From: Thermotogota bacterium
Lineage (GTDB): Bacteria > Thermotogota > Thermotogae > Petrotogales > Kosmotogaceae
Direction of reading: 5' to 3'
Length of the DNA stretch: 49,820 bases
Assembly (NCBI GenBank): GCA_034660555.1
Contig: JAYEJL010000085.1
Coordinates: 1-49,820 of the forward strand
Position 1 is the first letter of the stretch. Each line of letters begins with the position of its first letter. Below the pieces are notes generated by a model, which saw only the letters and a list, made by a program, of their open reading frames with translations, searched no databases and had not been told where the DNA came from. Of this stretch, positions 9,979 through 19,619 are shown piece after piece. Position numbers and translations under genes: made by a program.

Positions 9979-11448
9979 TTGATAAAAAAATCTTTACTGA
10001 TACTATTTTTAGTTATTATGACAACTTCAATGGTCAACGGACAGGAAATATTCAATTTTGTTCCCGAAAATTCCGGTTATTTTCTGGTTTTGAGAAGCAC
10101 CTATGATTACTTGAATGCTCTGAAAGAAAAAACAAACATGTTTAACGCATACCTTGCAACCCGTGAAGTTGATTTAGAAAGTATGTTAAAGAATTCCTTT
10201 GAAGCACTTGTAAGGGATAGCACAGGACAGGAATCTGAGGAATTTGTAAACGATGCATTAAAAAATGATTTTTTGATTGCTGGAGAGAAGTTTGTTCTTG
10301 GAGTAAACGACTTGATCAGTTTTGATCCCGTTTATTTGTTGGAAAGCTTGAAGTCTAGTAATTCGAATATTTTTCTCGTCTGGAAATCAAAGGAACCTGA
10401 ATTGCTTTTGAAGGCTGTTTCAGCATTGCTTGGAATGGATCCTTTTGTTCAAGCAGGTTCTAAAGTAAATGAATTGAGAAGTAATAGTGGTGTATTGTAT
10501 TTTTATGAAGGTAATGAATATATTATCGTTGGCACATCCGAAAGAATAGTTAACAAAGCCCTGGATACCTATAAAGGAAGCAACGAAGGAATCGTTGAAA
10601 AGAAAGAAATTGGAACAAAAATGGCAGATCTGAGTAAAAATAACTGGATTACAGGTTATTTTGATTCGGATTGTTTCAAGATTGAGCTTGGCGCTGATTG
10701 GCCTTATACTGTAGATGAAACTTTTTTGGTTGCGGGTATAGAAGATGATCGTTTTGTTTCTACAATATCTCAGAATATTACATATTTGTCCGAAGAAGAA
10801 CGAAACAAGTTTGATTCGTGGAATATTACAACAAAAAACGGTGTTGGGAGCAGAGTATTCGGAGATTACGTTGCTTTTTTCCCCAGTGAAAGTGTTGGGA
10901 CGCTTCGCAATGAATTGAGCTATTGGTTTGAAATGGATCTTAAACCCTACCAGAAATTGGCTGATCTTATTGTTGAAATATCGGGTAAGAGTGAAGGAAA
11001 AGTAACTTTGTGTGGCAATATTATCTCTGATACGGAAACGCCTGTTTTGATGATGAAGTTTTCAGGTAGACCTGAAGATTATGTGGAAGAAAGACAATCG
11101 TTGAAAGAAAAGGATGCCAAGGAATACCTTTATGGTGATTACGAAGTCTTTGAAATAGAAATGATGACAGATACTTTCTATTTTATGTTTGACAGCAAAA
11201 ATGCGCTAATCACCACAATAAAACCTGAGAAGATTTTATATCATCTTGAAAATGGGATTATTTTGAACGAAATAGGTTCCTACAATCGTCTAAGAAAAAA
11301 GCTTGATGACAAGAGCATTGTAGAAATCTTTATTGATATAAGCAAGATATATAAAACTGTTGCGGGGCTGGATTCTGACACTGCTTTATTGTATCAAGAA
11401 ACAATTAATGAAGCAGGTCAGATAATTCATACCATAAGCTTCTATTAA
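9979..11448 (+). CDS. Exported hypothetical protein (possibly DUF3352-like)
   Basis: N-terminal signal peptide (KK plus hydrophobic core), then a FVPENS motif typical of such periplasmic proteins; family call tentative. Confidence 0.7.
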   Translation: MIKKSLLILFLVIMTTSMVNGQEIFNFVPENSGYFLVLRSTYDYLNALKEKTNMFNAYLATREVDLESMLKNSFEALVRDSTGQESEEFVNDALKNDFLIAGEKFVLGVNDLISFDPVYLLESLKSSNSNIFLVWKSKEPELLLKAVSALLGMDPFVQAGSKVNELRSNSGVLYFYEGNEYIIVGTSERIVNKALDTYKGSNEGIVEKKEIGTKMADLSKNNWITGYFDSDCFKIELGADWPYTVDETFLVAGIEDDRFVSTISQNITYLSEEERNKFDSWNITTKNGVGSRVFGDYVAFFPSESVGTLRNELSYWFEMDLKPYQKLADLIVEISGKSEGKVTLCGNIISDTETPVLMMKFSGRPEDYVEERQSLKEKDAKEYLYGDYEVFEIEMMTDTFYFMFDSKNALITTIKPEKILYHLENGIILNEIGSYNRLRKKLDDKSIVEIFIDISKIYKTVAGLDSDTALLYQETINEAGQIIHTISFY

Positions 11449-11465
11449 ATAAGAGGTGCCAGGAT

Positions 11466-13934
11466 ATGGGAATATTTAGCAAACTCTTTGATAAAAACAA
11501 GAGAATTCTAAAAAAATACAGATCCACCCTTAAAAAAATAAATGAACTGGAAGACGATGTAAAGAAACTATCTGAAGAGGATTTTAAGAATAAAACAGCT
11601 GAGTTCAGGAAGCGGATAAAAAGTGGCGAAGAACTTGATGACATCATGCCAGAAGCCTTTGCATTGGTAAGAGAAAGCGCAAGAAGAACCGTCAATATGA
11701 GACCTTTTGATGTACAGTTAATGGGTGCAATATCACTTCACGAGGGAAAAATTGCTGAAATGAAAACAGGTGAGGGAAAAACGCTTGTTGCCACAATGCC
11801 ATTATATTTAAATGCACTCTTGGGGAAGGGCACCCATGTAGCAACAGTCAATGATTATCTTGCTAAGAGAGACGCACACTGGATGGGACCTGTTTATGAG
11901 TACCTCGGACTTAGTGTTGGTTATATTCAGGCTTCAATGGAACCGTCCGAAAGGAAAGAAGCTTACAATTGTGATGTTACGTATGGTACAGCAAATGAAT
12001 TTGGATTTGATTATTTGAGAGATAATCTAGTCTATTCACTTGAAAATAAGGCTCAAAGGGGACACAATTTTGTAATTGTTGATGAAGCTGACAGTATTTT
12101 AATCGATGAAGCAAGAACTCCATTGATCATTTCGGGTCCCTCAGAGGATTCATCAAATCTGTATATGCAATTTGCATTTTATGCGAAACGATTCAATGAA
12201 AATGAAGATTTTATTGTTGATGAAAAGGAAAAGACAGTGAACCTTACAGAGAAAGGTATCGAAAAAGCTGAAAGTTTGCTGAAAGTGGAGAATCTCTACG
12301 ATCCAGCGAATTACAAGTTTCTGTTTCATTTGTTAAACGCACTAAAAGCCAGAACATTGTTCAGAAATGAAGTGGATTACATTGTCAAAGATGGGGAAGT
12401 AATAATCGTTGATGAATTCACCGGCAGATTATTACCCGGACGAAGATACAGCGAAGGATTACATCAGGCGATAGAGGCTAAAGAAAATGTGAAAATTCGA
12501 GAAGAAAGCATAACCTACGCAACGATCACATTTCAAAATTACTTCAAGATGTATGATAAGCTCTCTGGAATGACAGGAACAGCAAAAACTGAAGAATCTG
12601 AATTTATCTCAATATACGGAACAGAGGTAGTGGTTATTCCTACAAACGAACCTGTTATCAGGATAAATAGAGATGATTTGATATATCGAACGAGAGAAGA
12701 AAAATATAATGCTGTTGTACAGGAAATCAAACAGCGCTATGAAAAAGGGCAACCTGTTTTGATTGGTACTACTTCTATAGAAAACAGTGAACTGCTTAGT
12801 TCGATGCTAACGAAGGAAGACATCCCTCATGAAGTGTTGAATGCCAAACATCATGAAAGAGAGGCTGAAATAGTTGCCAAAGCCGGACTAAAGGAAACTG
12901 TAACTATAGCGACCAATATGGCCGGGAGAGGAACAGATATCAAGTTAGAAGAAGGAGTTACGAACCTGGGTGGTCTATTTGTACTGGGAACAGAAAGACA
13001 TGAAAGCAGACGTATTGATAATCAACTCATTGGTCGTTCAGGAAGACAGGGAGATCCAGGTGAATCTGGGTTTTATTTATCCACTGAAGATGATCTGTTG
13101 AGATTGTTTGGTGGAGAACGTATGGAATCGATAATGAATACACTGAAAATCGAAAAAGGACAACCAATTGAACATTCGCTTTTAAGCAGAGTAATTAATT
13201 CAGCACAGAAAAAGATTGAAGGAATTCATTTCTCAATAAGAAAGCGACTTTATGAGCTGGATTCTGTTGTAGATAAACAAAGAAGCGCTATATATGCCCA
13301 TAGAAATTGGTTACTTGAAGGAAAAGAACTGGACAAACATGTTAATGAAATTATTGAGGATGTAGTAGAACGCAGGACAAACAAATTGGAACAAACACCT
13401 GATCTGAAAACACTTGAACAGCTTTTTGGATTTCTTCCAAAGAAAATATACGAAGGAATGGACAGCATCAAAAAAATTGAGGAACTTAAGCAAGGCATCA
13501 TTGAAAGGATAGAAGAAATTTACGAAAAGAGAAAAGAAGAGTTTGATGAAGAGTTCCCAAGGATTATGAAATACCTTATGCTTCGCATAATCGATGAACG
13601 ATGGAGACGTCATTTAGAAACGCTTGAGCATCTAAAACAATCAGTAGGGTTACGAGCTTACGGGCAAAAAGATCCTGTTATAGAATTCAAAAGAGAGTCA
13701 TACATGTTGTTTGAAGAAATGATAGACTCTTTGTATGATGATATTGTGAGTGTATTAAGCAGATTAACTAAGGTTGATAGAAGAGAAGAAGAAAAAGCAA
13801 AGGCGGATTTTAACAAGTTAAACTTCTCGCATTCACAGGGTTCAGTAATGAGTTCAAATAAAAAGAAAAAAACTGAAAAAACTTCCTATTCACGACCAAT
13901 GAAAAGAAGATTTAAAGTTAAAAGAAAGAAATAA
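11466..13934 (+). CDS. secA: Preprotein translocase ATPase SecA
   Basis: MKTGEGKT, DEADSILIDEARTPLIISG, TNMAGRGTDI, GRSGRQGDPG. Confidence 0.98.
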   Translation: MGIFSKLFDKNKRILKKYRSTLKKINELEDDVKKLSEEDFKNKTAEFRKRIKSGEELDDIMPEAFALVRESARRTVNMRPFDVQLMGAISLHEGKIAEMKTGEGKTLVATMPLYLNALLGKGTHVATVNDYLAKRDAHWMGPVYEYLGLSVGYIQASMEPSERKEAYNCDVTYGTANEFGFDYLRDNLVYSLENKAQRGHNFVIVDEADSILIDEARTPLIISGPSEDSSNLYMQFAFYAKRFNENEDFIVDEKEKTVNLTEKGIEKAESLLKVENLYDPANYKFLFHLLNALKARTLFRNEVDYIVKDGEVIIVDEFTGRLLPGRRYSEGLHQAIEAKENVKIREESITYATITFQNYFKMYDKLSGMTGTAKTEESEFISIYGTEVVVIPTNEPVIRINRDDLIYRTREEKYNAVVQEIKQRYEKGQPVLIGTTSIENSELLSSMLTKEDIPHEVLNAKHHEREAEIVAKAGLKETVTIATNMAGRGTDIKLEEGVTNLGGLFVLGTERHESRRIDNQLIGRSGRQGDPGESGFYLSTEDDLLRLFGGERMESIMNTLKIEKGQPIEHSLLSRVINSAQKKIEGIHFSIRKRLYELDSVVDKQRSAIYAHRNWLLEGKELDKHVNEIIEDVVERRTNKLEQTPDLKTLEQLFGFLPKKIYEGMDSIKKIEELKQGIIERIEEIYEKRKEEFDEEFPRIMKYLMLRIIDERWRRHLETLEHLKQSVGLRAYGQKDPVIEFKRESYMLFEEMIDSLYDDIVSVLSRLTKVDRREEEKAKADFNKLNFSHSQGSVMSSNKKKKTEKTSYSRPMKRRFKVKRKK

Positions 13935-13956
13935 GTGTTTACATAGAGGTGAAAGA

Positions 13957-15051
13957 ATGATCGATTACGGAACAAAGAATCGTATAGAAGAGCTAAAGGT
14001 TAAGTTCAACGCCATATTTAAAACCGTAGACATGGATGAACTGGAAAACCATTTAAAGCAATTAGAAAAGGAAATGTCAGCTCCAGATGTTTGGTCTGAT
14101 CAAAAGAGAGCGAAAAAACTGGGAAAGGAAGCTCAGAATATCAGAGACCGCTTAAATTTGCTAAATGATATAAAAAAAGTTATGGGTAATATTGATGTAG
14201 CCATTGAATTTTCGGAAGAAGACCCCAGTTTCGTTAAACAGGCTGAAGAAATGCTGACTGAAGCCGAAAAACTTGTACGCGAATTCGAATTGAGTGTTCT
14301 CCTGAACGAACCGTATGATGCAAATAATGCGTTTCTTACTGTTCATCCCGGAGCTGGCGGTACTGAATCTCAGGATTGGGCTTCTATGCTTTTTAGAATG
14401 TATATTCGTTGGGCTGAAAAGAACGATTATGATATTGATGTAATTGAAGAGCAACCTGGAGAAGAAGCTGGTTTAAAATCTGCGACCGTAAATGTCAAAG
14501 GACCTTATGCATATGGAAAATTGAAATATGAAGCCGGAGTTCACAGATTGGTAAGACTTTCACCTTTTGATGCGAATCATAGAAGACATACTTCCTTTGC
14601 ATCAGTAAGTGTTTCACCAGAAATGGATGAGGATATTGATATCGAAATAAAGCCGGAGGAACTACGTGTAGATACATATAGAGCCGGTGGAGCAGGTGGA
14701 CAGCATGTTAACAGAACAGAATCCGCAGTAAGAATAACTCATCATCCAACAGGTATCGTTGTAACATGTCAAAATGAACGATCTCAGCATCAAAATAAAC
14801 ATACTGCAATGAAACTACTAAAAGCAAAATTATTTGAGTTAGAGCTTGAAAAGAAACGTGAAGAGAAAATACAGTTGATGGGGGAACAAAAGGACATTGC
14901 CTGGGGAAGCCAGATTCGCTCTTATGTATTTCAACCCTATACAATGGTAAAGGATCATAGAACGGATTTCGAAACGGGCAATATTCAATCAGTTATGGAT
15001 GGAAACATCGATGATTTTATTGAAAAAGAGCTTCTGCATTTTTCAAACTAG
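13957..15051 (+). CDS. prfB: Peptide chain release factor 2 (no programmed frameshift)
   Basis: SPF anticodon-mimic motif and GGQ; single open frame from ATG. Confidence 0.97.
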   Translation: MIDYGTKNRIEELKVKFNAIFKTVDMDELENHLKQLEKEMSAPDVWSDQKRAKKLGKEAQNIRDRLNLLNDIKKVMGNIDVAIEFSEEDPSFVKQAEEMLTEAEKLVREFELSVLLNEPYDANNAFLTVHPGAGGTESQDWASMLFRMYIRWAEKNDYDIDVIEEQPGEEAGLKSATVNVKGPYAYGKLKYEAGVHRLVRLSPFDANHRRHTSFASVSVSPEMDEDIDIEIKPEELRVDTYRAGGAGGQHVNRTESAVRITHHPTGIVVTCQNERSQHQNKHTAMKLLKAKLFELELEKKREEKIQLMGEQKDIAWGSQIRSYVFQPYTMVKDHRTDFETGNIQSVMDGNIDDFIEKELLHFSN

Positions 15052-15067
15052 ATTTTTTGAGTTTTAT

Positions 15068-15097
15068 TTGACTTTAATAGGTAAAAAGTGATAATAT
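15068..15097 (+). promoter_or_regulatory. Candidate sigma70 promoter of rsmH-ftsL-ftsI-holA
   Basis: TTGACT(15068-73) with GATAAT (16 nt spacer) or TAATAT (18 nt spacer). Confidence 0.5.
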
Positions 15098-15119
15098 TTC
15101 TGTGAGCGGAGTGAACAAA

Positions 15120-16013
15120 TTGGTTAGATTTTATGAAGATACCCACCGGAGCGTAATGGTTCATGAAGCGCTTGGTTTTATGATTGTAGATAGGAAAGGC
15201 ACATACGTTGACTGTACCACTGGAGAAGGTGGGCATTTATTGTCCCTGGCTAAGGAACTTAACAAAAGAGCGACGTTAGTTGGACTGGACATTGACAATG
15301 AAGTTTTACAGATAGCGAAGAAGAAACTCGAGAATTTTAGGGGATTTGTTGAGTTATTCAATGTTTCTTATGCAGATTTCGATCTGGTTCTTGATTCTTT
15401 GAAAATTGATAAGGTCAGCGGATTCATCCTTGATCTTGGGATATCAACTTTCCAGCTGAAAGCCCAGGGAAGAGGTTTTAGTTATGAGAAAGATGAACCC
15501 CTGGATATGAGAATGAATCCTGAAGCGGATTTTACAGCGAAGGATGTAGTCAATAGTTATACCGAACCTGAATTGTCAAAGATTATTTTTGAGTACGGTC
15601 AGGAAAAGAGATTTGCAAGACGCATAGCCAGATCAATTGTGAAGCGGAGACCTATTCATACAACCTTTGATTTGGTTGAAGCAGTTAAGAAAGCATTACC
15701 ACCGAAGTTCAGATATGGAAGAAAGCATTTTGCAACTCAAACATTTCAGGCTATAAGGATCGAGGTAAATCAAGAACTGGAGAACATTGAAAAAACTCTT
15801 TACAAAATACCCCATTATTTGACACCCGGAGGTCGGGTCGTTGTTATTTCTTTTCATTCACTGGAAGATGGAGTTGTTAAAAGAACGTTCAGGGATCTAC
15901 AAGGGGGGAAACTGAATATTCTGACAAAAAAACCCTTAACTCCATCAAAAAGTGAAGTAGAGCACAACCCTCGGGCAAGAAGTGCAAAACTGAGGGCAGC
16001 GGAGCGGATTTGA
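15120..16013 (+). CDS. rsmH: 16S rRNA m4C1402 methyltransferase
   Basis: DCTTGEGGH, DLGISTFQL, PLDMRM, ISFHSLED, NPRARSAKLR. TTG 15120 preferred (SD GGAG); frame open from GTG 15102. Confidence 0.95.
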   Translation: MVRFYEDTHRSVMVHEALGFMIVDRKGTYVDCTTGEGGHLLSLAKELNKRATLVGLDIDNEVLQIAKKKLENFRGFVELFNVSYADFDLVLDSLKIDKVSGFILDLGISTFQLKAQGRGFSYEKDEPLDMRMNPEADFTAKDVVNSYTEPELSKIIFEYGQEKRFARRIARSIVKRRPIHTTFDLVEAVKKALPPKFRYGRKHFATQTFQAIRIEVNQELENIEKTLYKIPHYLTPGGRVVVISFHSLEDGVVKRTFRDLQGGKLNILTKKPLTPSKSEVEHNPRARSAKLRAAERI

Positions 16014-16028
16014 AGGGAGGAACATCTC

Positions 16029-16319
16029 GTGCAAGTTATCACAGTGAAGCGGAGAAAATCGCAGACAGTATCACGCGAGTACGTTCATGCTCGTGCAGGA
16101 ACCTGGAGCTTTATAACGGCTTTACAGGTTGTGGTTATTTTTCTTTCTATTGCAGTCTCCATTGTATTACCACTTCATTTTGGTAATGAAACTGACAAAA
16201 TGGCATCACAGGCAAGAGAGACAAAAGAGGGTATAGTCCAGATGAGAACGCGCATCGTTAGTTTAACGCGTGAAATTGCTTATCTGAAGACTGTTGTTGG
16301 TTCTGAGCTGGACAACTGA
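16029..16319 (+). CDS. FtsL-like bitopic cell division protein
   Basis: One TM helix plus a coiled-coil; canonical position between rsmH and a class B PBP; SD GGGAGG. Confidence 0.6.
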   Translation: MQVITVKRRKSQTVSREYVHARAGTWSFITALQVVVIFLSIAVSIVLPLHFGNETDKMASQARETKEGIVQMRTRIVSLTREIAYLKTVVGSELDN

Positions 16320-16347
16320 ATATTCTAATACGTGAGGTGTTAGCAGT

Positions 16348-18159
16348 ATAAACAAACTCTCAAGCAGGGTATCTATACTATATGTACTCATAATAACGGT
16401 AACCGCTGTGCTAGGTGGCAGGGTGTTGTATCTTTCAGTATTTACTGAATACAAAATCCCGGTAACAGTTAAAGTAAACAGTATACCTGCTTTAAGGGGA
16501 ACAATTTACGATCGAAACGGTGAAGTGCTTGCCAATGATGTCCTACAGTATCAGGCATGGCTTGATGTTGATTTCATGAACCGTACAGTGTCTTATATTG
16601 AGTTAGAAAACATCATAGAAACGCTAAATCGTAATTTCGACATTAGCATTGAAGAGATAAGAAAAAAGCTGAAAACTACCAGATTTATGCTTCTTGGTAG
16701 CTACGAAACAGTGGAAAATCTTTCAAAGAAATTGTCACCAAATATTCGAAAATTTGTATCCGTCGAAATGACAACAGAAAGATTGTCTTATAGTGGATAT
16801 GGAATTGAGAAAATTATAGGTTCATTCAAAAAAGGACAGGAGCCCACACAGGGTGTCGAAGCAAGCTACAATGAACTTCTATCGGGAAAAGAAGATGGAA
16901 CCATAAAAAGAACTTTAACTCAAACGATTGAAAAACCTGCTGAAAATGGTAATGATGTTTACTTAACAATCGATCTGGATATCCAAAAAATGATTTATCA
17001 AAAGGTTGAAAATGCGGTTGAAGAACACAATGCGGATGGTGGAATGGCACTTCTTATGGAAAGTAACTCTGGAAAAGTTGTAGCTTATGCCAATACATTT
17101 TCATGGGATACGGGTTTGATGGGTATATTTGAACCTGGATCTACAATAAAGCCAGTAATATATGGAATAGCTTTGAAAACTAATTCTATCACTCCTGAAA
17201 CTACATTCACCTGTGATGGTTCAATAAAGCCGGTGGAAAATCTTGATATAATCATTAGAGATACAGAAGGTGAAAGACACGGAATTGAGACATTTCACGA
17301 TGCTATCAGGAATTCGTGTAACGTTGCAACAGTACAGGTTATCCAGCATATTGTTGATACTATTGGAAATGAAGCTTTTTACAATCAATTGGTTACCATG
17401 GGTTTTGGAAGGGAGACAAACGTGGATTTACCTGGTGAAACCCCTGGTTTGCTCGCAAGACCCTTATACTGGTCATTAATTTCACCATATCAGTTCGGAA
17501 TAGGTCAGGGACTAGGCGTAAACATATTTCAGCTATCAAGAGCGCTTAATGTTTATCCTGCAATGGGTAATCTTGTTCAACCAACGTTTGTTAATGCAGT
17601 TTCGGGCACACGCGAAATAAGAAAAACCGAAGCTGAAGTAGAAAGAACACCAATACCTCGTGAAATTGTAGAAAAAATGCTTCCTGTTCTTGAATCAGTT
17701 GTGGCAAGCGGGACAGGGACTCGTGCAAGAGTAGATGGTATGAGAATTGGAGGCAAGACCGGGACCGCACAAAAAGCAGTGGGCGGAGCATACAGCGATG
17801 AGGACTATTATTCATTATTTTGGGGTTTTTTTCCTCTTGAGAATCCTAAATATTCTTTGGTAGTATTTATAGATAACCCCCGGGGTGAGGAATATTATGG
17901 AGGCAGCGTAGCTGGACCGGTATTTGCTGAGATAGTAAAGGACTTGATGTTTAAACCAGCAAAAGAACCAAACACACTGAATATATATGAATGGAAGATG
18001 CCTGATCTTACCGGCTATACGCTACATGATGTGATAGAAATCACTGAGTTATATAATATTGAAGATGTTAAGATATATGGAACAGGAAAGGTAGTAAAGC
18101 AAAAGCCAGAACCAGGAACGGGGCCTTCAGAAACCTTATCCGTTTGGTTAGAAGAATAA
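16348..18159 (+). CDS. ftsI: Class B penicillin-binding protein (FtsI-like) with C-terminal PASTA domain
   Basis: RGTIYDRNG, LTIDLDIQ, EPGSTIK (SxxK), SCN (SxN), KTGTAQK, MPDLTG PASTA. Frame open upstream of GTG 16408 to include the TM anchor; proposed ATA start at 16348. Confidence 0.85.
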   Translation: MNKLSSRVSILYVLIITVTAVLGGRVLYLSVFTEYKIPVTVKVNSIPALRGTIYDRNGEVLANDVLQYQAWLDVDFMNRTVSYIELENIIETLNRNFDISIEEIRKKLKTTRFMLLGSYETVENLSKKLSPNIRKFVSVEMTTERLSYSGYGIEKIIGSFKKGQEPTQGVEASYNELLSGKEDGTIKRTLTQTIEKPAENGNDVYLTIDLDIQKMIYQKVENAVEEHNADGGMALLMESNSGKVVAYANTFSWDTGLMGIFEPGSTIKPVIYGIALKTNSITPETTFTCDGSIKPVENLDIIIRDTEGERHGIETFHDAIRNSCNVATVQVIQHIVDTIGNEAFYNQLVTMGFGRETNVDLPGETPGLLARPLYWSLISPYQFGIGQGLGVNIFQLSRALNVYPAMGNLVQPTFVNAVSGTREIRKTEAEVERTPIPREIVEKMLPVLESVVASGTGTRARVDGMRIGGKTGTAQKAVGGAYSDEDYYSLFWGFFPLENPKYSLVVFIDNPRGEEYYGGSVAGPVFAEIVKDLMFKPAKEPNTLNIYEWKMPDLTGYTLHDVIEITELYNIEDVKIYGTGKVVKQKPEPGTGPSETLSVWLEE

Positions 18160-18176
18160 AAAGGAGAAACATAAAT

Positions 18177-19106
18177 TTGATTTACTGTTTGCTTGGAGAC
18201 AGTCATATTCTAAAGAAGTTGTTTATTAAATCAATAAGACCCAATTATAAAACCGTTTTTCCTGAGGATAATGATAAGTTATCAAAGATAAGAGATTTCA
18301 TTGGTAGTAATAATATGTTTAGCCAATCAAATGCAATCTATGTGAGACAACTGGCCAAATGGAAAAAAGAGGAAATTCAGGAATTTATAGAATTTTTAGA
18401 GAGTTCATTATTACCAGAAAGTACTGATTTATTTGTTGATGGGAATTTAAAGGTAAAAGAATGTAAAAAGAAATCATTTAAATTGCCACCTCCCTGGAAA
18501 AAGGAATTGTGGCTAAACCATATAACAAAACTGTCTAAAGATTTGGGTATAGAAATAACCAAAAAAGCAAGTGAAAAGATGTTTGAGTCAGTTGGTACCA
18601 ATGAAGAGTTGATTTATTCAGAGTTAAAAAAACTTGGAATACTTGAAAGAACAATTACAGAGAGTGATATAGAAAAATATTCATATGTTTTCCAGGAAAA
18701 AAATTACACTGAATTTGCATACAATCTGCTACGCGGTAAAGTTAATAGCTTGTCCTTTGAATTAATTAGAGAAAGAAGCACTTTCCCGATAATAGTAGCT
18801 GTTCTTACTAGAATTGTAACAACCACTGGTAGGATAAAAGCTGAATTAAATATTGAAGAAAAATATGACTGGAATACAATAAAAAATATAGCAAAGAAAT
18901 TGCAATGCAAAACTAGCACCATAGCAAATATTATTGGTTTTAGATTTTCACGGGATGACGAAGAACAACCTGACTTGCAGAAAAAGTACTCATTGAATGA
19001 TCTTCAGAATTTACTTCTATATCTTCAAAATCTTGATGAAGCATTTAAAGTGGGAAAGTTTAATGAATTTATTTCCTTCATGAAACTCATTGAATACTTC
19101 GCATAA
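18177..19106 (+). CDS. holA: DNA polymerase III delta subunit (HolA-like)
   Basis: LLGDS N-terminus, NMFS, GIEITKKASEKMFESVG..ELKKL..ITESDIEK pattern; TTG 18177 after SD AGGAG. Confidence 0.7.
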   Translation: MIYCLLGDSHILKKLFIKSIRPNYKTVFPEDNDKLSKIRDFIGSNNMFSQSNAIYVRQLAKWKKEEIQEFIEFLESSLLPESTDLFVDGNLKVKECKKKSFKLPPPWKKELWLNHITKLSKDLGIEITKKASEKMFESVGTNEELIYSELKKLGILERTITESDIEKYSYVFQEKNYTEFAYNLLRGKVNSLSFELIRERSTFPIIVAVLTRIVTTTGRIKAELNIEEKYDWNTIKNIAKKLQCKTSTIANIIGFRFSRDDEEQPDLQKKYSLNDLQNLLLYLQNLDEAFKVGKFNEFISFMKLIEYFA

Positions 19107-19159
19107 AGTAAAGATTGTGTAAATTTAACGAACCTTTGGCAATTAGATAAAACTATGGA

Positions 19160-19188
19160 TTGACAGGTTAAAGACTACATTGTAAAAT
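19160..19188 (+). promoter_or_regulatory. Near-consensus sigma70 promoter of the str operon
   Basis: TTGACA(19160-65)-N17-TAAAAT(19183-88). Confidence 0.85.
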
Positions 19189-19229
19189 GAGTCTTGGCAT
19201 ATCTTTGAAAGGAGGCGGAACAAAACCGC

Positions 19230-19604
19230 ATGCCTACAATTAATCAGTTAATAAAAAGTGGTAGAAAGAAAGTTACCAAAAAGTCTAAGTCACCGGCACT
19301 GGAAAACAATCCCCAAAAAAGGGGAGTTTGTGTTAGAGTGTCTACAATGACTCCGAAAAAACCTAACTCTGCGTTGAGAAAAATTGCAAGGGTTAGACTA
19401 TCAAACGGTACTGAAGTTACTGCATACATTCCTGGAGAAGGACATAACCTTCAGGAACACTCTGTGGTTTTGGTACGTGGTGGAAGAGTAAGAGATTTAC
19501 CTGGAGTTCGTTATAAGGTAATCAGAGGGGTTCTTGATGCAGAAGGAGTTGCAGATAGAAAACAATCCCGAAGTAGATACGGGACAAAGAGATCTAAGAA
19601 ATAA
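19230..19604 (+). CDS. rpsL: 30S ribosomal protein S12
   Basis: [25 protein letters not shown]. Confidence 0.99.
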   Translation: MPTINQLIKSGRKKVTKKSKSPALENNPQKRGVCVRVSTMTPKKPNSALRKIARVRLSNGTEVTAYIPGEGHNLQEHSVVLVRGGRVRDLPGVRYKVIRGVLDAEGVADRKQSRSRYGTKRSKK

Positions 19605-19619
19605 GGAGGTTAACCCTCA

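Noticed and set aside
19606..19618. GAGG-TTAAC-CCTC hairpin as an S7 operator before rpsG
   Set aside because: 4-bp stem in a 15-nt gap, far smaller than the known S7-binding element; unsupported.
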